Part shown: piece after piece, positions 33,801 to 44,090 of the stretch
Numbering within the stretch: the first letter of the stretch is position 1
How the letters are laid out: every line of letters begins with the position of its first letter
NCBI GenBank assembly: GCA_040954595.2
Contig: JBECUI020000054.1
Span: 1-59,237 of the forward strand
Source of the DNA: Balanoglossus misakiensis
Taxonomy: Eukaryota > Animalia > Hemichordata
Reading direction: 5' to 3'
Length of the DNA: 59,237 nucleotides
Position numbers and translations under genes: made by a program
Notes under the pieces: generated by a model
Database searches by the model: none
What the model saw: the letters and a program-made list of their open reading frames with translations, nothing else
What the model was told of the DNA's origin: nothing

Positions 33801-34894
33801 TGTTGCCGCCCTGTACCTTCATTCGGAGCCATTTCTCACACAATCGACGATGTTAAACCGGTTGTTGGACACTGCCCAAACAGGAAAAATTGACATGTCC
33901 AGTGTGGCTCCGAGTTGGAGATCTGCAACCCCGAATAAACTTCTAAATATTGCCCCACTTGGTGAGTTGAATCATGGTTTGTTTCAATTGGAGCCCTTTA
34001 CGTCATTGTAATGGACGTGCTCAATTCGGACTCCATAAAGTCAAGTACATTCGCTTAATTACCATACGAGGTAGCAAGCACCCGCTTGCATATCCGATGA
34101 TTGATGAACGAAAGAGCGCCAGCACTCCACTGAAATTTAAGTCAAATGTTCTAGCTGCATTGACTACAGACGTGAGTAATATAAATTTTTCAGTCTGGCA
34201 TTTTATTATTACAACAATGAAGGCGCACTTTTAAATACCTGTAGGAATAATATGATTGCCAATGGTTACAATTCTCAAAAGCCTACACATATTCTCTGAA
34301 CTACCTATATATAGGTCTACGTGCCTACATACATACATACATACATACATACATACATACATACATACATACATACATACATACATACATGCATGCATGC
34401 ATGCATGCATGCATGCATGCATGCATACATACATACATACATACATACATACATACATACATACATACATACATTCATACATACATACATACATACATAC
34501 ATACATACATACATACATACATACATACATACATACATACATACATACATACATACAACATACACAGACAGACAGACAGACAGACAAAGAGATTTTGGTA
34601 CAATGCACCATATTATTAATATTAATCTTTCCTTTAGATTCCCGACAATTGTGTGAGAATACCTGCTCGTTGAGAGGAGATGGCGAATGCAATGATGGTG
34701 GACCCTATTCGCAATTGGCCGACTGCAGATTTGGAACCGATTGTGATGACTGTGGACCACGCTCATTTTTGTGCACGAATACATGCTATTGGAGAGAAGA
34801 TGGCAAATGCGATGACGGTGGGCCCAATTCGCAATACAGCGGCTGCGACTATGGAACCGACTGTGATGACTGTGGACTCCGCCCTCCACGTTGA
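29804..34894 (+). CDS. Secreted proteinase K-like subtilisin (S8A) with signal peptide, I9 propeptide and two C-terminal Cys-rich repeats; 9 exons, 511 aa
   Basis: GT-AG exons with consistent phases: 29804-30031, 30506-30655, 30957-31083, 31393-31505, 31911-32052, 32155-32339, 32729-32900, 33800-33961, 34638-34894 (1536 nt). Motifs [31 protein letters not shown]. Confidence 0.92.
30696..30931. repeat. Compound (TATG)n/(TG)n microsatellite in subtilisin intron 2
   Basis: Direct reading. Confidence 0.97.
32973..33775. mobile_element. ~800-bp non-autonomous TIR element with TTAA TSD (Kolobok-like) in subtilisin intron 7
   Basis: TTAA|GATGGGTCCCTGGGATCTTTTTGC ... GCAAAAAGATCCTAGGGACCCATC|TTAA with more than 100 bp of imperfect TIR; a related right end is present near 51340-51477. 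Confidence 0.85.
34326..34587. repeat. (CATA)n/(CATG)n/(CAGA)n microsatellite in subtilisin intron 8
   Basis: Direct reading. Confidence 0.97.
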
Positions 34895-34980
34895 GTCAGC
34901 CTTCACTGAACGTCCACAGGGAAGATAGACGTCCTTTGTGGTTACACTGCGATGCATGAAAAAAAAATGACAATATATTT

Positions 34981-35279
34981 AAGCAATAAAACACCCCCAG
35001 CCATGGTATACCACGAGATTTTGACCAGTTCACGACATATACGCACGAGCGATAATTGAACTGGTCAAAATCGAGTGGTATACCATGGCTGGGGGTGTTT
35101 TATTGCTATTATATTATGCCAGTATATTGAAACTTTGCATAAAACATTTTAAAAAGGCATTTTCTTTGACTATGATATATGACTGTGGTATATGGCTAAT
35201 ATATCACGGTCACGTGTCGTGTCTCGACCAATCAAATAGCGTGATTTACACCATCAATATACTGGTATAATATAATAGG
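34981..35279. mobile_element. Hairpin-forming non-autonomous element downstream of the subtilisin stop codon
   Basis: GCAATAAAACACCCCCAGCCATGGTATACCAC...GTGGTATACCATGGCTGGGGGTGTTTTATTGC hairpin, followed by a second inverted pair (~35107-35130 and ~35254-35278). Confidence 0.6.
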
Positions 35280-35804
35280 ATTTTTGACCCTTTTCACCTT
35301 TCTCTGCAGTATGACAGTATTGCGAATATGACTTCTGAATGAGGCTACCGTCTCTGGTGGCTATCGTTGGAATTGGTATTATCTTTTGGGAATAAACCTA
35401 TTATTGCATTGATATGTTGTCATGGCATTAATACACTTATTTATTTCGTCAAAAGTTACAAACTTACGTGTACATATACTTCACAACGCCAGGAAATTGA
35501 TAGAAAACCCACAAAAATATTTATCCTATAGTATGGACAATATTATCTGCTATGTAGCTGTTGGTGCACCAGGTATAAATACGCTTTATGTGCATCTATA
35601 TTTCAACTTTCCAATTTTAGTCAATAAGTTCGGATGTAGTTTGAATACATGAAATGAAGTACTACAAATGTAGATGGCCTTTACATGGCCACGACAAAAT
35701 GACATTTGTGAAGCAAATGATCTCACACGACAGGAAAACATCACTGTCTCACAAGAGAGAACTGTGTGTGTGTGTGTGTTCATTGTTGCGTTAATTGTAA
35801 ACGG

Positions 35805-36155
35805 GCGCCTAATTGGCTTAACTGACCATCTCCACTTCCTCCTGAGCCGAATTTATACCGGAAGTTGCCATCGCTGTCAAATACTAGAATTCGCAGACAA
35901 ACCCCGGGAAGTAAAACTTTCCAACCCTTTCTCCCAAATAGCCTACCCAAACTGTTTGATGTGATTTCCGTCTCGGTCAAACATGTGAACTCTTAGTGCT
36001 CCGATACGACCATAACAGACAAGCGGTCAGTTCACTTCTCCCTTGGGCCTATTTGATCTGTCTGCCATTTTCATCACAGACAATCACCTGTTCATTTTTG
36101 CCATCGACTACATACATGTTGCCATCATCTGATATGACTACATCACAAAGTTTGC
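35805..36155 (-). pseudogene. Degraded NHL-repeat relic of a TRIM-NHL gene
   Basis: DVVISDDGNMYVVDGKNEQVIVCDENGRQIK* and RILVFDSDGNFRYKFGSGGSGDGQLSQ resemble NHL blades of the neighbouring genes; stops and frameshifts lie between them. Confidence 0.8.
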
Positions 36156-36216
36156 ATCTGGTACCTCGCTTATCTTGCACCTCAGCCGCCATCTTGGGGT
36201 CTCTCAGCCCACCCTT

Positions 36217-36532
36217 ACACACACACATACATACATACATACATACATACATACATACATACATACATACATACATACATACATACATTCATACATACAT
36301 ACATACATACATACAGACAAACAGACAGACAGACATACATACATACATACATACATACATACATACATACATACATACATACATACATACAGACATACAT
36401 ACATACATACATACAGACAGACATACATACATACAGACAGACAGACAGACAGACAGACATACATACATACATACATACATACATACATACATACATACAT
36501 ACATACATACAGACAGACAGACAGACATACAT

Positions 36533-36583
<51 letters not shown>

Positions 36584-36612
36584 TACATACATACATACAT
36601 ACATACATACAT

Positions 36613-36655
<43 letters not shown>

Positions 36656-36656
36656 T

Positions 36657-36687
<31 letters not shown>

Positions 36688-36888
36688 TACAGACAGACAG
36701 ACAGACAGACATACATACATACATACATACATACAGACAGACAGACAGACAGACATACATACATACATACATACATACATACATACATACATACAGACAG
36801 ACAGACAGACAGACATACATACATACAGACAGACAGACAGACAGACATACATACATACATACATACATACATACATACATACATACAT

Positions 36889-36939
<51 letters not shown>

Positions 36940-36942
36940 AAC
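36217..36942. repeat. ~725-bp compound (CATA)n/(CAGA)n microsatellite
   Basis: Direct reading. Confidence 0.97.
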
Positions 36943-37716
36943 AATCTTCAAGGATTGTGTTTTTATTTACACTACGATAAAATAACAAGAATACTCTGAC
37001 AATGGGCGGCCAATCTAAACTGATTGTATGTACACTTAATGAACACATATCCTTTTGTTAATATACGTACATATGGTCATTGAACTAAAGTTTAACTTAA
37101 TTTATGAAATTAAACTGGAATAGTCATTTCTACTGGGTTCTTTTTGGTTCAATGTGAATTGTATTTTGGTATTCCTTGTATAAACCCCGATTATACATTG
37201 TGTACTGTTTTCTAAAAACGGGGTTGATATTCAGTATGGGTGATTGTCATTATAAGATGAATTTATGCTGTGTGTTGATGATTCAATTCATATCAAGGTA
37301 GTGATGAGGTCGATGATATTGCAGATGACAACACTGCAAGACGTTGCCTCTACTATAACATGGCATTTCAGAAAGTTTTTAAATGTTCTACACTACACAC
37401 AAAAAAACGAACAAGATTGTAGACGCTATACATGATAGAAATATCCATGTGCAAGTCGTACACGCAAAACAACAATCGACGAATTTAACTCACATGGACA
37501 TTGAATATGAGATAACTGTGTGTCATTATCGCCGCAGAAATATACATTTCATGTGAAAGAACTACATATAATACACATTATTGATATAATCGAATTGTCA
37601 TATATCTACATGACATGAATTAACTTCACTATGAAGCCTATAATATTCTATGTTTATGCATGTTTCTGATTAATAATTGGCCTATGTTCTGTTCTGGCAA
37701 TACACAATTCAACTTC

Positions 37717-39916
37717 TCACTGTGCAAACACCTGTACAACTCCTGAGCAAAAATTAACCACGATGACGTTGCCAAATGGCTTGTCATCGGTCACACAGAT
37801 ACCAGTTGGACCGTTTGCCCTGTTATCATCACTGTCAATGCGACCAATGAATTGACCGTCAGACTCATACTTCACCACTCTGTTATTACTGTGATCACAC
37901 ACATACACATTGCCTTCGCTGTCAAGGGTTGTACCTTGGGGGTTACACATCTGATTATCACCTGACCCTTGACTTCCAAAGCTGTACAAATATTCCCCCT
38001 CGGCATCAAACACTGGAATACGGTGATTGCCCCCATCTGCAACAAAGACTTTGCCTGTAGAATCAATGTTAAGACCTACAGGACTGTCTAGCTGACCTTC
38101 ACGGGTTCCTTTAGAGCCAAAGGACTTGTAAAGTTGCCCATCTTTGTTGTAAATGTGTATGCAATGACCGCCGTTATCAACAACATAAACCCTCCCATTG
38201 ACAGGATGTATCGCAATGCCGAGTGGGCTATCAATCACACCTTTGCCAAAACATCTGATCACTCTACCATTCTCATCATGCACAATGACTTGACAATCAC
38301 TGCTATCAGTAGTATAGATACTTCCATCCTCTGATACGGCTGAAAACTGCGGACAAACTATGGTTGAAATATTACTGAACGTGGTTGTACATCTATGTTG
38401 GCCATGTTGTGTGTATGTCTGTAATCTACTATTACCAGTATCACACACTCCAACATTGCCATTCCTGGTTACCATGACTCCCCATGGATAACGCAACTGC
38501 CCTACTCCTGACCCTGACTGACCAAATTGACATATTAAACCTTTCTGTTGGATAACATTGATTGTAACTGGTGACCCTTTGACCGGTTTCTTAGATACCA
38601 TCACCGAGACTTCATGATTTCCTGTCATCTTGGCACAAGTTTTCAAACTCCAAATTCCATCACCATTATTTGTTGTTTCCATGCCTTCTTGGCTACCATC
38701 AGGTTTCTTCAAGACCGCTTCTACTTCTTCCTGCCCTTCTTTTCTCTGTTTCAACTCTGTTGCTAGGGTGATGGTAATATCTTCATCAACTCTTACAAAT
38801 TCAGGAACATCAACTAGATTGGAGGCATTACGTATGGGAGATATGCATAATATCACACCCATAGTTTTTGTTGTATAGAAATCATCACATGGTTTGAACT
38901 CCATGTAGTCTGTCTCAGTCGGGTCAATTTTCGTCTCCATACTCAGCAATGAGTGTCAATCCCTTTCTTGGCTGACATCATCTGCGTGGCATTTCCATAA
39001 TGCATAAGTTTCTCAACATACTCTCTCGCATTTGACATGTCACTCTCTGCAAACTCCAGTTCTTTCAGTTGTGCATTTAAGTTTACTTTCCTTCTGTTGT
39101 ATTCATCTTTCAGCTCTCCAAGAAGTTTGTCACCATTTTCTCGTATCAAACGAGTGACGTCATCGACTGTTTTCTGGATGTGTTCTTTCATTTTCTTGTC
39201 CTCTGTCTGATAACAGCTGTCGAGAGATTCGGCCGTCTCCATGACTACGGCTTTGCTGTGGCTGGCTTCATCTTCTTTCGTTTTCACTTTGTCAATTGCT
39301 TCTGTCAGATCTTTGCAGTATTCGGTGGCTGCGTCTTTCAAGTATCTGTACTTGTGCTCGGGTCTCGGATGATCTACAGCCGTGCATTCGAGACATATTG
39401 CTACGTCACACGTGTCACAGTAGAATTTGACTTCGTTGTTCGGATAGCAGTGCAGAAGACTGAAGCCAGGTCATCGGACTTTGCAGACTCGTACTCTTCT
39501 AAGGTCATCAACCTGTGCGATTTTGAGCTCCGAAATTTAGCGTGTGAACGGGCACAGATACCACACATGTCAACATCACACTCCACACAGTGGTTAACGC
39601 ACTCCCCTTCACCACAGCCTTCGCACTTTCTAGATTTTGACAAACCCTCCTCTCGTTTTCTGAACTGTTGAACCAATTCATTGATGAACTGATTACCGCC
39701 AATACCTGCCACGCCACTATCAGGAAGTTGGTGCGATCGCCGACATATTGGGCAGGTAATAACGCCACTTTTCTCGGCCAGCCTCCCCAGGCACGGCTCA
39801 CAGAAGCTGTGTAGACACGAGAGGAGTTTAGGGTTCTTGTATCGCTCCGAGCAAACGGTGCAGGAGAGAAAGTTGGCGTCGATTTCCTCCACAAACCTGG
39901 ACTCTTTGGCCGCCAT
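37717..39916 (-). pseudogene. TRIM-NHL pseudogene C with two frameshifting deletions (~39448 and ~38950)
   Basis: Three consecutive ORF pieces (39401-39916, 38943-39341, 37717-38949) together give RING-Bbox-CC-filamin-NHL; residues are missing at both breaks and there are no splice signals. Confidence 0.88.
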
Positions 39917-39977
39917 TCTGTTTTAACGATTTCTCTGTCTGGTATACAGCTGTGTAGTGTATGATGACCTTATCGTC

Positions 39978-39987
39978 GTCACGTGAC
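39978..39987. promoter_or_regulatory. Perfect GTCACGTGAC (CLEAR/E-box) ~62 bp upstream of the TRIM C ATG
   Basis: Direct reading; position conserved with the A and B paralogues. Confidence 0.45.
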
Positions 39988-41338
39988 CTGTTCCGCGATG
40001 GTGAACGCGTTCTACTACGTACAAACAAAGGGGCGTATTTCAGGCAGGTCGCGTGACATCATGGGCTGTGTGGTAAAATGTAAACTGAAATGAAAATGAA
40101 TGACCCCGTTTGAACTAATCGACCACTCAACTGCGCTCATAGTACAAACCCACGAATTGTTTTCGTTGCGGGGAAGGGTATTCTTCTGAAATGACTTCAT
40201 TTCATCATATATATATAGTTAAAGAGTGATTTGAATTTAAATTTCTGAAAACAAGTTTTTCATATTTTCAGTATATGACATGTATGGTGTTCTTTACACT
40301 GGCAAAAAGTTGTGTTTTCCCCCGCCAAACACATAAATCTTACTTGCATGCATTTACAAATAGAAGAATTGTTGAGTTTCACTTCTATTTCATTTTTTTA
40401 AATTGGAGTGAATGTTAATGGTTTAAAGTTGCCCACAATGTTCAGCTTTGGAAGTTTGTTGACGTTCGTTTATCAAATAATTTGTAAACGATAGACGGAA
40501 AACAAATATGCACATTCAAATTGAATTTAAATTTTATTTATTAGTACCAACAGAATGTATACCGCAAAAACTACATCTATCTGACACACACATATCAATG
40601 TGATTGAAATTAGGTTTTGATTAACTTTCTAAACTTTACAATGAATAAAGAGTATATCTCTACAATCAAAATACTGATTAAAGATCAACAAAACATTAGT
40701 ATGAAACACAAAAAATATAACCACACCAGAATTAAACAAATGTTTCTCAAAAGTTTATGTTGTTACTTTCAATTTATCTTGAAGATAATTTTATAGTTGA
40801 ATAGAAAACAAACAATATGGTGCTAGATGATCAATCATGTTTTCTGATCAGAAACACTAACTTTCAAAACTATTTGTTATGATTTCTTTAATTTCTTTTT
40901 TAAATTTTGAAATAAACACCAATGAAAATACAGGTATACATATGTGATGTATGTTCATGAGATAAATTCATGAACTTTGAAACTGCTGATAAAGTTTGTT
41001 TGACTAGTTTGAAAAAAAAAATCTTCATCATTTTCTCTGTTAAATTCGACTCTGGCATAACTATAAGTAAAGGTCACAAACTTCAGTCATTTGACATCAT
41101 GGAGGAAATATTCGTAATGCAACATTTCATAATACATTAAAACAGTTATGCTTTCTGTGACAAATTATTAATGACAGATAAATTCAATTAAAGTTATTTT
41201 TTGCTCTCTCCAAAATGCCATCACATCCTGACATCGCACTCCCCAAGCACAAATTAAAATAAACTTCACTTCATACACCATAAATTGTTTTATATGAAGT
41301 ATACATCAACATTTTAAGAATCTCATGAAAAGGAATTC

Positions 41339-41667
41339 TTACAGGGACAAAGTCTCTCTCTTCTTCTCCATTTCACATTAATTATGTTTGATACAAGACT
41401 CCGCTTAGGTTATTCTACATGTGGATAAACAGTGAATCAACATTCGACCACTTAAAACTTCCATCCCGCTTGTAGACCATGAGTGAAAAACTCACCAAAA
41501 TGAATAATCGGTCTCTACCATTTATTCATTTTGGGCGAGATTTTACACTCATATCATACAAGCGGGTGGAAGTTGTGTGTGGTCGAACGTTGATTCACTA
41601 TATATCCACATGTAGAATAACATAAACGGTGTCTTGTATCAAACATAATTAATGGGAAAAGGACAGC
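41339..41667. mobile_element. MITE family 1 copy, right end truncated, 13 bp past the TRIM D stop codon
   Basis: AGGGACAAAGTCTCTCTC start and the same internal palindrome as the other copies. Confidence 0.85.
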
Positions 41668-41680
41668 TTTGTTTTCAGTG

Positions 41681-43909
41681 TCACTGTACAAACACTTTGA
41701 TGCAGTAGTTGTAAGTATCAGCTACAACGACCCTGCAAGGTGCATCATCTGTCAGTGCCAGACCAGTGGGGAAGTTCAGCTTATCCCCATCACTGTCGAC
41801 ACGACAAACAAACTTACCACCAATCTCAAACTTCAGTATGCTGTGACCCCCAAAAATGGTACCAGTACTAACATACACATATTTATCATTCTCAATGATT
41901 ATTCCCCTGGGGCGTCTCAGCTGACCATCCCCACTCCGACAATCAAAGGAACGCAAATACTGGTCATCTGAACTGAACACCTGGATGTGCTTGTTACCAC
42001 AGTCGGCAACAAATACCATCCCATTACTTCCCACTGTTATCCCCCAGAGATCATTGAATTTCCCCTGGCCTTTACCCTTTGACCCAAATGACCTAATATA
42101 CTTGCCATCATGTGTATAAATCCTGACACATTGCCCACCCAAATCTGTCACATAGACATTACCATTGACAGGGCTGATAGATATCCCCCATGGATCCTTC
42201 AGCTCATTCTGTCCAAAGCATCTGATGACGTGTCCATTCTCACCACTCACAACTACTTGCTTATTGTTACCATCTAAACTATAGTGTGTATTATCACTTG
42301 ATATAGTTATGTCACATGGCTTGAAAGATTTGTGAAATTGTGTAAATTTCAAGATTTTCTTCACTCTGCCCTCTCTGTTAGTTATTTGTAATCTGTTATT
42401 TACTGTATCAGCAGTGACAATGTCTTTGTCTTTGTTTATGACCACACTGTAGGGATAGTTGAACTGTCCCTCAGCACTTCCTTCACTGCCAATGGTTTGA
42501 ACCAATCCTTTGATGACAGGTATGATGACAGGAGAGCCTGTTATTTGTTTATCCCCTATTGTCAAGGCAACTTCATAATTACCATCCATTTGTCCGGTAA
42601 CAGTCATTCTGTGTGTACCATCTCTGTTATCTGATACTTTGATGTCTTCCCATGATGCATAAGGTTTGCTTACCTTGGCTTTCACTGGTTGTTTTGGGAT
42701 GACTTGTTTTCCTGTGGAATCCCTGGTTGTGATCAGCAGGTGTGCAGAGTCACCTTTCAGAAGTTGTTCTGGAATGTTTTCAACTGTACACTTTGAGATA
42801 CAGACATCAGATACATGTATCAGCAATCCCAGAATTCCTTGCTCATTGAACTCTTCGCTGGGGTTGAATACATATTCCTCATCAATTGTCAGTGGTTTGG
42901 TTTCCATGGCGATAAGTTGAATGATGCGATGTTCTGCATCAGCTTTGGTAGACAGAAGTTGACTAGCATTCCCATGATGCATCAGCGTTTCAAGATAACT
43001 GCATGCACTCTTAATGTTACCATGTTTTAATTCAAACTCATCAATGTCCACAGCTGCTGTTTTTATTTTCAGTTTGTAATTTTCATTCAGTTCATCTACC
43101 AGTCTCTGCTCTTCTCTCTTTACTTTGTTGATGATTTCTTCTGCTGTCATTCTCACCTTCCTTTCTTCTTTCTTATGCTGCTCTGTGAGATCACTGTGTA
43201 CCTGCTTGGCTAGGCTTTTGTTCTTTTCAGTTTCCTGTTCTTTCACTTTCAGTTTGTCCAACTTGACTTTCATGTCTCTCAGATACTCATCTGCTGCATC
43301 TTTCAAGTCTCTGTGTACATGTTCTGGTATGCGGTGTTTGACAATTGTACAGTCTGTACAGACAGGTACCTGACAGGTTTCACAGTAGAATTCAATTTTG
43401 TTGTCTGTGTGGACATTGCAATATTCTACTGCTTGCAATTTTATAGGACTAGTTGACTTTGCTGTTGAATATTCTTCTATGGTCAGAACACTGTGTGTCT
43501 TTGTGAGTGGTAGATTTCTGTGGGCCTTAACACAGCTTTGACAGAGATAATGTTGACACTCTACACACCTGTGAGTGGCTGTATTCTCTTGGCAACCTTC
43601 ACACTTGATTTTAGCAGCTGCATGGACGGACTCCAGTCGTTGTTTGAAAATGTCCACAAGATTGGCCATGAAGAAATTTCCCTTTAAACTTGCCACTTGC
43701 CCATCAGCAGGAAGTTGATATTGCTGTCGACATTCTGGACAGGTGAGAGATCCTGTCTTTTCAACCAGGGTGACTAAACATTGCTGACAGAATGTGTGCA
43801 GACATGGTAGAACTTTAGGAGTTTTAAACAACTCCAGACAGATGGTACAACACAGGAAATCTTCACTGATTTCTTTCACAAAGCGGCCGTCCGTGCTAGC
43901 TGCCGCCAT
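41681..43909 (-). CDS. Intronless TRIM-NHL protein D (divergent paralogue), 742 aa
   Basis: RING CTIC..CLHTFCQQC..CPEC, B-box1, B-box2, coiled coil, fuller filamin domain (ITTRDSTGK..DNRDGT..GSPV) and NHL repeats. Confidence 0.93.
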   Translation of the reverse strand: MAAASTDGRFVKEISEDFLCCTICLELFKTPKVLPCLHTFCQQCLVTLVEKTGSLTCPECRQQYQLPADGQVASLKGNFFMANLVDIFKQRLESVHAAAKIKCEGCQENTATHRCVECQHYLCQSCVKAHRNLPLTKTHSVLTIEEYSTAKSTSPIKLQAVEYCNVHTDNKIEFYCETCQVPVCTDCTIVKHRIPEHVHRDLKDAADEYLRDMKVKLDKLKVKEQETEKNKSLAKQVHSDLTEQHKKEERKVRMTAEEIINKVKREEQRLVDELNENYKLKIKTAAVDIDEFELKHGNIKSACSYLETLMHHGNASQLLSTKADAEHRIIQLIAMETKPLTIDEEYVFNPSEEFNEQGILGLLIHVSDVCISKCTVENIPEQLLKGDSAHLLITTRDSTGKQVIPKQPVKAKVSKPYASWEDIKVSDNRDGTHRMTVTGQMDGNYEVALTIGDKQITGSPVIIPVIKGLVQTIGSEGSAEGQFNYPYSVVINKDKDIVTADTVNNRLQITNREGRVKKILKFTQFHKSFKPCDITISSDNTHYSLDGNNKQVVVSGENGHVIRCFGQNELKDPWGISISPVNGNVYVTDLGGQCVRIYTHDGKYIRSFGSKGKGQGKFNDLWGITVGSNGMVFVADCGNKHIQVFSSDDQYLRSFDCRSGDGQLRRPRGIIIENDKYVYVSTGTIFGGHSILKFEIGGKFVCRVDSDGDKLNFPTGLALTDDAPCRVVVADTYNYCIKVFVQ

Positions 43910-44090
43910 TCTGTAGAGTGGGGTGTATCAGAACTAACAGTTGCCGCAGGAACAACTGATAGAAGGGCTCTTTGTCTTGGTGTTATTTAAACACTTCCCA
44001 GCGGCTAGCTGGTCCGTGATTGGTGAATCGCAATATATGGTGTTTACAACATGACTAAATAAGGGAGTACTTGTACACTTACACCAGTGA

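Noticed and set aside
29804-34894. Bacterial contamination or very recent HGT as the source of the aqualysin-like protease
   Set aside because: Eight canonical spliceosomal introns containing host MITEs and microsatellites show it is a long-resident nuclear gene.
35996-37048. Long MYVC/HTYI/QTDR ORFs (also at 30.3-31.0, 34.2-34.7, 47.9 and 51.6-52.2 kb)
   Set aside because: Translations of tetra- and pentanucleotide microsatellites that happen to lack stop codons.
37717-38949. Stand-alone 410-aa filamin-NHL gene, or programmed frameshifting in TRIM C
   Set aside because: Both breaks coincide with lost residues relative to the paralogues and show no slippery site or intron; ordinary pseudogenisation is the simpler explanation.
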